A stretch of DNA of 19,564 nt from Spizellomyces punctatus DAOM BR117 (lineage: Eukaryota): assembly GCA_000182565.2 (NCBI GenBank), contig KQ257451.1. One strand, written 5' to 3'. The notes beneath the pieces are model-generated. The model was not told the origin of the DNA and did not search any database. It saw nothing but the letters and a program-made list of their open reading frames with translations. Both the position numbers and the translations under genes were made by a program. This document shows, in pieces, positions 8,765 to 17,553 of this stretch. Position 1 is the first letter of the stretch; each line of letters opens with the position of its first letter.

Positions 8765-10609
8765 TTATTCACCAGTCAAAATGCCCACCGCGTCATCAAT
8801 ATTTCCACGACACTCAACCAAAACCTCTGCACTGACCAACAAATCATCAAACCCCATATTGCGCATCTGGCGAAGGTGGGTCAACAAATTTTCGGCTGTG
8901 TACGTGGTTGGCTGGTTTTGAGGATTGTTTCTTTCCACGATCGGTGTGCTGATAATCGGTTCGGTCGGCGCGAAAGGTCCTGGCAGAGTGGGAGGGCGCG
9001 GAGGTGGAGGTGAAGGCCTGGGCATACTCGGGGGATGAAATCTGGGGGGATTCGGAGGCCTGGGGAGGGGCATCGTCGCATAGGAATGATGATGAACGGG
9101 AGGGTGAGGTGGCGGTGGAGGAGGTGGAGGAGGAAAATAGGAAAAGTTCCAGTAATGCTGGGGTTGCGACGGAAGTGACATTCGATGACGAAGTTGAGAA
9201 TGGCGACGTCGTGTTCCGGCCGCATATGCCCCGGAGGTTTGCATTGTTGACCGACGATGCAGACCGAACGGGTGTTCAGGGTGTCGAGGTCCTTGTGGAT
9301 GTTCACGCACAGGAGGACAGGGCGCTTCAGCAACCTGCACCGACTGCTGGCGATCTGCAGACGGTACATCAACTCCGTTAGAAACAACGGGTAACGCAGA
9401 CAGAGGTTTCTCTTCCGTCTGATCAACATCGGCCAAGCGAGCACGCCGAGTACTCGTCATGGCCGTATCACACCCGAATCTGATCTCTGCATTCGAGGTT
9501 GCTGGTGCAGGATTGACTCGTATTTGCTCGGTTTCATTTTCCTCTGGTCGGCCAGTATTCGCGGAGCCATTAGCGGTCGACGCCTCCCTCAAGTATGTAC
9601 TCAACCATGAAGGCGAACTTTCCAAAGCTTGCATATTGGAACGTACAGTATTCGCAGAGCCATCAAAGGGCGACGACGCCCTCCAGTATGTACTCGAAGA
9701 TGAAGCGGAACTTTGCAAAGATTGGCAACTGGCACGTAGCTCCATAGGATTTTCTCCCAGTCGAACACACTTTGCAAACGCTTTGAGATTGGCCGGAGAC
9801 AAATCAAAGGGACGCTCTAGGATGGGTGGTGGTGGTGATACGGTATCTTGCTTTGAAGAATCCGAGTCCCAAGAGTCCACATTTGACATAAGAACTTCGC
9901 TAGGCGGAGGCGACAAGCACTTGACCTGTTCTGTGGTCGCATCCGCCACAGAATAGGCCTCCACATCGATATCAATAAGGGAATGTCCTACTTCCGGAAT
10001 ACTGGCTTGAGGATGATCATCAACATCCACATTTGATTTCACATGGGCTTTCTCGATAGCGGACGTATCTTCCTCGGTACAAACGGTCTTGTCGACGCAA
10101 TCTTCATTGGTCCCGCCAACGCCAGCTTCATTGGCATAAAGGGTTTCGTCAACATCAAGGTCCTCTTTCAGATCAAATTCCCATTCAGTATACCGATCCT
10201 CCAAACCAGCCAATGGAACTGCAGGTTTTTTGCCTTTATCTTTTTTTGCTCCAGAAGACTCAATACCAGTCTCACCCACATACCGACCAGTCTCATCCAG
10301 ATCCCGAGCATACCGCTCCTCCAACTCAGCCCATACAGCGGATTCATTAACAGGTTCTTTGCCTTTATCTTCCCTTGCCACAACCCAAAGCTTTACTAAA
10401 TGCCCCTTTGCAGATATATCCAATATTTCATCATCCCGGTCAACAAGGACCTCGTCCCCGTCTTCATCTTTCCAAAAGACCTTGATACCCAGTGACGGCG
10501 AAATGGAAAAGAGTGTGCGAATCCTATCTTCCAGTGCAGACCAGCTTGGTGGCGCGGCAAACGTAAAGCGTCGCAGAGTATCCTCGTAAGAGACCTTGAA
10601 GGAAAGCAT
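8765..10609 (-). CDS. PB1-domain and C-terminal UBA-domain protein (p62/SQSTM1-NBR1-like architecture without ZZ/FW), 614 aa, no coding introns
   Basis: N-terminal PB1: FKVSY (conserved Lys), RRF and the acidic OPCA motif WKDEDGDEVLVDRDDEI. C-terminal UBA-like LRQMRNMGFDD..EVLVECRGNIDDAVGIL with the MGF motif. The middle is acidic, Ser-rich and then His/Pro-rich. Continuous 1845-nt ORF. Confidence 0.88.
   Translation of the reverse strand: MLSFKVSYEDTLRRFTFAAPPSWSALEDRIRTLFSISPSLGIKVFWKDEDGDEVLVDRDDEILDISAKGHLVKLWVVAREDKGKEPVNESAVWAELEERYARDLDETGRYVGETGIESSGAKKDKGKKPAVPLAGLEDRYTEWEFDLKEDLDVDETLYANEAGVGGTNEDCVDKTVCTEEDTSAIEKAHVKSNVDVDDHPQASIPEVGHSLIDIDVEAYSVADATTEQVKCLSPPPSEVLMSNVDSWDSDSSKQDTVSPPPPILERPFDLSPANLKAFAKCVRLGENPMELRASCQSLQSSASSSSTYWRASSPFDGSANTVRSNMQALESSPSWLSTYLREASTANGSANTGRPEENETEQIRVNPAPATSNAEIRFGCDTAMTSTRRARLADVDQTEEKPLSALPVVSNGVDVPSADRQQSVQVAEAPCPPVREHPQGPRHPEHPFGLHRRSTMQTSGAYAAGTRRRHSQLRHRMSLPSQPQHYWNFSYFPPPPPPPPPHPPVHHHSYATMPLPRPPNPPRFHPPSMPRPSPPPPRPPTLPGPFAPTEPIISTPIVERNNPQNQPTTYTAENLLTHLRQMRNMGFDDLLVSAEVLVECRGNIDDAVGILTGE
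9542..9727 (-). repeat. Internal tandem duplication of 93 nt (31 aa) in the PB1-UBA gene
   Basis: CQSLQSSASSSSTYWRASSPFDGSANTVRSN versus MQALESSPSWLSTYLREASTANGSANTGRPE, 16/31 identical. DNA cagtattcgc(g/a)gagccat occurs at 9553 and 9646. Confidence 0.85.
10110..10369 (-). repeat. Internal tandem duplication of about 40-43 aa just after the PB1 domain
   Basis: DKGKEP..AELEERY..DLDET..Y..E.G versus DKGKKP..AGLEDRY..DLDVDET.Y..E.G. DNA caggtt(t/c)tttgcctttatct occurs at 10222 and 10351; ataccg(a/c)tcctccaa occurs at 10190 and 10310. Confidence 0.8.
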
Positions 10610-11071
10610 AATGCCTCTTGCTTGCTGGGTGCAGCAATGATATCCAGCGACGAATACACAAGAAAGCTTTGTTAAAAGTTTGGGTTAACTTTCTTGGCGA
10701 AAAGTGAAACTGCGGAAGGACCAAGTGCCAAGCAGGCAGGTGATGCGCAAGTGGCCAAGTCATCTTGAATTGACATGAGGCTTTTGCGGCTTGCGGGGCT
10801 TACGCGAGATCAAGCAAGACATGCAAACGGCGTCATACCACGACCACTATAGGAAAACGTGTTGTTGCAACCCGCCAACACTCCCTTGTATAATAACTTT
10901 TGGGAACGGCATTTACGGGATGAATCAGGCAGAGACATGAAGAAGCCCATATTACTTGAAAATTGCAAAACATCATCCCAAATCATATTCTACATGAAAA
11001 ATTCCATCAATATACAAAGCACTGAGGGGTATACAAAGTTTTTCAGCAATCCTCATTCATACACCATCCCA

Positions 11072-11528
11072 TCAGTGACGACCCTCAGTCGCGGATTTCT
11101 GGTCATAGTAGGCGCCCCTAGCAGCGTCACCAGCAGCCTTGGCTCCTTCCTTTGTGGCACCCTGCATAGACAAGATGCTGCATAAGTGAACTGTTCACAT
11201 GTTGACTGCCCGAATCTGGTACGTACGTGTTGGGTGAAAGCATGCTGACCTTCAGCTCCTTCTTTGCGGGCCTCGCCATAAGCCTTTTCGGCTATACAGA
11301 AATGTTCAGTTTGCGGGACACGACCAATCTCTCCAAAAACAACCATAAGCGTACCTTTGCCTTCGTCAACACGGCCCTTGTTGCCGGATAGGTGGCCAGC
11401 AGCTTTCTGTAAAGATCAAGTTTGAAAAATGTCAATGATCGGAATATGTTTGTTAATATACGAGGACAATGCCTTGCGAAACGAACCTCAGCTTGTCCCT
11501 TGATTTCCTGTCCGATTCCCGACATCAT
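11072..11528 (-). CDS. Small CsbD-like / hydrophilin-type stress protein, 82 aa. Exons 11528-11487, 11406-11355, 11291-11227, 11161-11072
   Basis: Three GT-AG introns (80, 63, 65 nt; donors GTTCGT, GTACGC, GTACGT; acceptors TACAG, TATAG, TGCAG) give MMSGIGQEIKGQAEKAAGHLSGNKGRVDEGKAEKAYGEARKEGAEGQHAFTQHGATKEGAKAAGDAARGAYYDQKSATEGRH*. The protein is G/A/E/K-rich, lacks Cys, Trp and Pro, and shows the CsbD-like pattern KG..E...G.L.G......EG..E...G. Confidence 0.85.
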
Positions 11529-12269
11529 TTAGAATTCGATATAGGTTACGATTTATTTTGCTGTAGTGGTCGTGCGTATTTGAGTATCGAGGTAAGGAAA
11601 CTAATAGGGGGAGAAAAAGGACTCCAGGCTATTTATGTTGACGGGAGGAAATGAAGCAATGGATGCCAAGAGGCCAAAAACAGAATGTTCGTCGTCATCT
11701 GTTCCATGCGGCGCAATGAAGGGTCAAAGGAATGTTTGTCGTCATGGAAGGAAAGTGGGATGGAGTTTTCCCCCGCGCACGGGGGGACAGCAAGCCCCCA
11801 TCCAAACCGCCCCCAATATCCGAATCAGTTCATGACGATAATTATGGAGGGGGTTTCTGGAAAGTCTCTTGATTTCCTCCCTTTATTACGCAACGATGAT
11901 CACCTCCAATGTCCAATGATCTCATCATCATCAGAAATATCGCCATAAATGTTGCTAAAGACAGGAACGCCAAGTAGCCCCAAAGAAGGAGGGAAGGTGG
12001 AGGGGCATGAACACGATCTAATGGCACAGTCATGATGGACAATGGGCAAACCCTCCTGCAACTACAAGTTGACATTTTACAAAGCGCAAAGTCCGAGAAA
12101 CAGAAAATATTAGGTAAAAAACCACATAGATGAGATGCTGTAACGTTTCGTCTATAAGTTTGTTTTTTTTATTTTAGTATAGATGGGAAGCAATATACAT
12201 ATACAATTTCATTGGAAAAACTCAAAGCAAAAACATCTCCAAACAGATATACAAAAAAAAGTCTACAGG

Positions 12270-12289
12270 TTTTTTTTTTTTTTTTTTTT
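12270..12289. repeat. T20 homopolymer (A20 on the coding strand) 5 nt after the NAD kinase stop codon
   Basis: 20 consecutive T at 12270-12289. Confidence 0.9.
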
Positions 12290-12294
12290 CTCTT

Positions 12295-14032
12295 TTACCA
12301 AATCATTCCTTCCATGTTATCCTCAGTAGAACGCAACCCCTTTTGTCTCTCCCGTCGGTTCCATCCCAAGCACCTCTCTAGGCCCTTGAACCAGTCTTTG
12401 CTCTGGTCTTCCCAGCAAACTGTGGGAACAGGCCAAACAGCCGCTCGGACCACAACGCCATCACCACGTTCCAGGCACACTCTATGACGTCCATCAAAGC
12501 TAGCCCAAGCTGTTGTTCGACTGTCTTCAGGAACCATGATACAAACTTCCATTGTATCAGGGAGTATCATTGGGCGGAAGGAAAGGGTATGGGGGCAGAT
12601 GGGTGTTACGAGGATGGCCGAGACGTCGGGGTGGACGAGTGATCCCCCAGCGGAAAGGGAATAAGCGGTGGATCCGGTTGGTGTAGAAATGGTCAAACCG
12701 TCAGCATGAATGGTGGTGAGATGGTGTTCGTTACCGTACAGTTCGAGTTGAGACATGTAGGGTGATGGCCCACGGTCAATGGTAAGATCATTGAGGATTT
12801 GAAAGGTCTGGTTATGATCGTCGGCCACGTTCGGGTCCAGTGACTGAGCGTCAGAACCTTGTTGTCGTCGGTGACGGATAACAGTGCAGCTAAATCGCAT
12901 CCGAAAGTTCATTCGCATCCCTCTTTCCATACCAGTCCCAACAGCGAGGTCCTGAACGCAATTTCGAAATCCGGTAAAATCAAACGTTGTCAGGAATCCG
13001 AGGCTTCCGAGTCGGAAAGGCAAAATAGGCGGGCACTTTTTCTGAAACATCCAAGCTGCGTACAGGACAGTTCCGTCACCGCCAAGGGTAATGACAAAGT
13101 CCACGCACGAGGCGGATTTGGAGGAACAAAACTCTGGAGTCCAAAATTGAAGTTTTTCAGAAGGATTCTCGTCGCTGTTTTGCGAGGATGGTTTGGGAGA
13201 TGCAGAGCGGAGGTGGTCCATCAAATCATTATATTGGAACGCATCATCCTCTTCCAGTTTAGATTCGACGAGGCTGTAGACAAAGGAATTGCTCATGAGC
13301 GAGCAGGCCTCCAAGGCGAAAGAGCAATTCTATAACTACTTACACAGTCATTCCAAGATCCAAGATTAACCATTTTGTCACCTCCTTTGTGATCTTGACC
13401 AATTCTTGGTCGTGAACCTTGGTCACAATCAATACTGTTTTAGGTGTGGTGTCCCAAATCAGCTGAGCCCGTCCAATTTTCTTTGCAATTTCACGCAGAC
13501 CAACAGCTGTCTTTGCCAGCTCGCTGTGTGAGTTGCTTCGCGATCGTCGGATAGGAAAGTCCTTTCGTGTGCGGTGGGAAGGAGATGGAAAGGCGCGGTC
13601 GTCTCCTTCCGCGCTCCAAGTGTTTGGACTGTTGGTCGGAGATTGGTGTAGCGAGTTGCTGTCAGTTGATCCGGGAGACGGGTTAGGAGAGTTGGTGTCG
13701 ATCGAGCTGAATTCCAGATTGTCGAGATTCTCTTCCTCAACAGACGCCAATCCACATCCAGCAGAATCTACCAATTCAAGTCGGTAAAAGAGAGCTTCAA
13801 TCTTTGGCGTCAAAGGCGACGGTGTAGTCTCCAACAACGGTCGTTTGCTTGTAATGGGGGGAAATTCGCGAGGCGGAGGCGGGAGGTTGCCCGTTACAAC
13901 CGAAAGACTTGGAGATCCAGGCATGTGCTTGGAACGCCCTGGGGTGCACGACGAAGGGGAACCGGTATCAAATGATTGTGTGCATGAATCTATTTGCAGT
14001 ATTGGTGGATGAATGGCGGCAATCGGAGGCAT
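12295..14032 (-). CDS. ATP-NAD(H) kinase, Utr1/Yef1-like (probably cytosolic), 555 aa. Exons 14032-13344, 13273-12295
   Basis: Motifs VLIVTK, DFVITLGGDGTVL, GSLGFLT, ILND, ADGLTISTPTGSTAYSLSAGGSLVHP, TPICPHTLSFRP, SFDGR and W...L..CLGWN. A 70-nt intron (GTAAGT..TACAG) joins the two ORFs in frame, giving 1668 nt. Long Ser/Pro-rich N-terminal extension. Confidence 0.96.
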
Positions 14033-14049
14033 GTCCTCTATTTCACTTG

Positions 14050-14180
14050 CAGAGTGGAGAAAGGTATGAAGAGTTTGGCAGGCCGAGGAAGGGGCAAAAG
14101 AGAAAGGAGCAAGAAAGGAGGGGGAAACGGGAAACTATACAAGAGAAGTGGGAAGAGACAAGGGGGGATAGCTCTATATA
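14050..14180 (-). promoter_or_regulatory. Candidate NAD kinase core promoter: TATATA followed by a CT-rich tract
   Basis: TATATA at 14175-14180, then a pyrimidine-rich stretch on the coding strand (about 14170-14050) leading towards ATG 14032. This arrangement is common in fungal promoters. Confidence 0.4.
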
Positions 14181-15027
14181 GTCTTTCTAATTATCTAGTA
14201 TGATACATCGACGCTACAGCTGTTTGATGATCCGGATATGTTCAAAAGCAAAAGCGCAACCAAAAGAGTATGCAAAGGACTGCAAAAGACGGCTTGTCCA
14301 AAAATCAAACGTCTTTATAAACTAACGTGCAAACCCCCCAATGTGAATCGTCGCTAGTTTCCTTCTGGTGGGGAATCCGCCGTACACAAGTTCCTTTATA
14401 AAACATACAAGGAAAACTCCAACGCAAGTCCCAAAAAGCCCAGGCCAAAAGATGAACAAGAAGCCAAATGGAAACTCGCCCCAATTTAAGTTGAAGAAGT
14501 TCCGCGGGGAGAATCCACGTGACATGGAAAGTCGTTGCAAAGATGAAACAAGGGGCAAACTGCCTTTTTAGGCAATGTGTCGCTGCAAAGGAGACACGTT
14601 TTGTGCCGTCGGCCGCATGAGCAGGGGTTTCCCCTTATTTAATTTCCAATGTTTCACCCTGTTACCATCCGCCGGCCATAAGGGGCTGCTAGCGTAAGAA
14701 CACTTTTGGATTTCACACTTGCTGGATATACGATTTTGTTAAAATGGTTTCCAACTGGCAAGTTTCATGGCAAGTAGACCGCATTTTGAAATTACAATGA
14801 CCGCCAAGGTTCCTGTGCACGTTGCGATATAAACTCCAACTTGGGCAATATTCCTTAAAGGAACTCACATGGGCAACACATATTGAACGCAAAATGAGTA
14901 GGTTTGGGGAGGGAAATACCGCACAAGGGCACTTTAATAAGGGAATAATGTCACAAATCATTGATTGCAAAAAGGACCCATCTCACCCAGTCAAACATTT
15001 TACACAATGTGTCCAATCTCAGCACGC

Positions 15028-15047
15028 TACTGACCGTTACTGACCGT
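15028..15047. repeat. Perfect 10-nt tandem duplication (tactgaccgt x2) in the NADK/GMC intergenic region
   Basis: tactgaccgt at 15028-15037 and 15038-15047. Confidence 0.85.
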
Positions 15048-15531
15048 TCTGGAATGAACTGTGATATTCACGTTAGAGTTTAGATTTGGCACATGCTTAA
15101 AAGTGCTACATGATCGTCCTTTTTGCAATATCGCACAGTATTTATGAATGTTTTTTTGCGAACCATTGATGAACGTGTCCAGTCGTGTTCAAAATCCCTC
15201 GTATTACAATACTATCTGCTTGAGACGAGATGTCTTTTGTAAAAGAGATCCAACTAGTAGAATAGACATAACCTACGTACAATTGAGCGTCATGTAAAAA
15301 GTGGGAGGGGGAACTTGCGATAGTTGACTTGGGACTTCTAAGTGGCTGAGCACGGCGATCCCGCCGGAACAAAACCATCTTGTGTGCTGAGCTGTCCGAG
15401 ACTCAAAATTCAATATTTCGCAGTTTAAGCGATATGTAAGCTCGTGCTTGAGTAGACAAAGTGCAGTGCATGTCGGATCATTTGCATTCCTTATTGCACA
15501 ATAAAAAAGAAGGGAACACTAATGTATCATC

Positions 15532-17382
15532 ATGTCGATCCTAGCAAACATACCAGTTATCGGTCCCCTCTTCTCTTCAGATAAGGATCAGTTATTAAAA
15601 GACTATGATTACATTGTCGTTGGTGGTGGTTCGGCTGGGTGTGTGGTAGCTGCACGGTTATCAGAGGACAAGAATATCAATGTGCTCTTACTCGAAGCCG
15701 GTGGGGATGGAAATACATTTGCCATACGAACGCCCGGGGTGTATTTTGATCTGCAAATGACCGAGGTGGACTGGCAGATAAGGACACGGCCGCAGAAAGG
15801 AATGGGTGGGCGAATTGGATTCTGGTATGTCTTATAGAGGTCATTAGCGCAATCGTGCGGATGTTACTCATTTTCTGGTTATTGTGTATGTGAAAGGCCC
15901 CGCGGTAAAGTTCTCGGTGGCTGTTCGTCCATCAACGCCATGCTCTATGTCAGAGGTGATCGAGCAGATTATGACGGATGGGCAGCAGTCGGGTGCGACG
16001 GATGGGCGTATGAAGATGTGTTGCCCTACTTTAAAAAATCTGAAGATTGTCGCATCCCCAGTCTCTCCCAACGTGAATATCACGGCACGGATGGCCCACT
16101 GAACATTGAATACGCTAGTGGAGGAGATCCGAACCCGTTAACAAAAGAGTTCATCTCTGCATTCCGGCAAGTGACAGGAATCACAAACGATGACTACAAC
16201 TCGGGAGACGGCTACGGAGCATCTATTAGCTTTCAGACAGTGCAGAATGGCGTGCGATGCGACACGGCTCGAGCCTTCCTGTTCAATGGAGAGAAACCAG
16301 CTATTCGCCGGCCCAATTTGACAGTCATCACCGGTGCACACGTCACAAGGATTGGGGTGGAGAACGGCAAGACTACTGGAGTATATTTCAGATCCTCTCC
16401 ACATGGAACATCGAAAGAAGCATTCATGACCCTTCCAGAGACATTCATTCCCGTCAGAGAGCAAGTCATTTTGAGCGCTGGCGCAGTTCACACTCCTGCC
16501 ATTCTGATGTACTCTGGCATCGGTCCTCAAGATCACCTCAAGAGCGTGGGAATCAAGGTGATAAAGCATCTCCCAGGTGTGGGCCGCAACCTCCAAGATC
16601 ACCTCTTTGTCGGGCTCGCATTCAAGGAATACCAGGGCGTGGCATACACAAGCAGGTTGCTCGACGTGGCGCGATACCTTGGGAAATACTTTCTGCATAG
16701 CACCGGCCCTGTCGCTGGTTCTCCCGTTGAGGCATTAGCGTTTATGGATTCTGCTGTAAACACCTCTGCCCAGAATGGAAGAAAGCGCCCAGACCTACAA
16801 TTCCACATTCTCCCAGCTCGCGTCACCAAACAAGCCCACTATGCTAAAACCAATGTCAATCCTATACAGCCAGAGTTATCTCACGATCACGGTCTGACAG
16901 TGTTTCCCACGCTTCTCCTTCCGGAATCCTCTGGATACATTGAATTGAGCAGCAGTCATCCCCTTGACGATATCCACGTTGAGCCAAATTACCTTTCAGC
17001 AGAATACGACATCCAAGTGCTGATGGACGGAATATTCAAATGTCGCGAAATTGCAAAGTCCCAAGCGCTCGAACAGTATAAACTGGAAGAAATTATTGAC
17101 ACCACCATCCCATTTCCACCAGACTCACCCGAGTACGTTCGTGAATACGTGAAAAGGCAGGCCATAACAGTCTATCACCCGGTTGGCACTGCTAAAATGG
17201 GACGAGCTGACGATCCAATGGCGGTGGTTGATTCCAGGTGTAGAGTCTTTGGTATTGAAGGGTTGAGAGTGGCGGATGCGAGTGTTATGCCACGGATCGT
17301 AGCGGCTAATACGAATGCCGCCTGTATTATGATTGGGGAGAAGGTTGCGGACATGATAAAGAAGGATCGGCAGAAAAGTTGA
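15532..17382 (+). CDS. GMC oxidoreductase (FAD-dependent; choline/alcohol dehydrogenase-like, His/Asn catalytic pair), 592 aa. Exons 15532-15824, 15897-17382
   Basis: FAD-binding [49 protein letters not shown] is rebuilt across a 72-nt intron (GTATGT..AAAG). Also [37 protein letters not shown] and [17 protein letters not shown]. Confidence 0.96.
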
Positions 17383-17553
17383 TAGAGTAGGCATATATGA
17401 TTCTAGAATACATGGGTTGGACTACCGAGGGTTTACGGCCATGCATAAACACATGTCAAGTGAGACCGACCACACACAAAAGACCAAATTCGTCCCAATG
17501 TCGTGTCAAACAGGAAGTTTACTCACACAGCACGCAGTACAAGGATTCTTTTT

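Noticed and set aside
8395-8835. 146-aa plus-strand ORF
   Set aside because: It is AT-rich, begins at TTG, lies antisense to the 3' end and UTR of the PB1-UBA gene, and has no motifs.
10710-10803. Retrogene interpretation of the intronless PB1-UBA gene
   Set aside because: There is no poly-A remnant or target-site duplication, and a possible 5'-UTR intron (GTAAGC at 10803 to CCGCAG at 10710 on the minus strand) argues against it.
10793-10803. GGGGCTTAC, resembling the 3' conserved region of RNase MRP RNA
   Set aside because: The partner GAAAGTCCCC motif is not present upstream.
11053-11528. ORF-track products 11053-11346 and 11292-11528 as separate proteins
   Set aside because: Both are read-throughs of introns of the single four-exon CsbD-like gene.
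12270-12289. A20 right after the NAD kinase stop codon as evidence of retroposition
   Set aside because: The gene retains an intron and homopolymer runs are common in this window. The run matters only as an oligo-dT mispriming risk.
16138-16829. Long antisense and alternative-frame ORFs within the GMC gene (and similar ones within the NADK, PB1-UBA and GST genes)
   Set aside because: These are shadow ORFs of well-supported genes and have no independent motifs.
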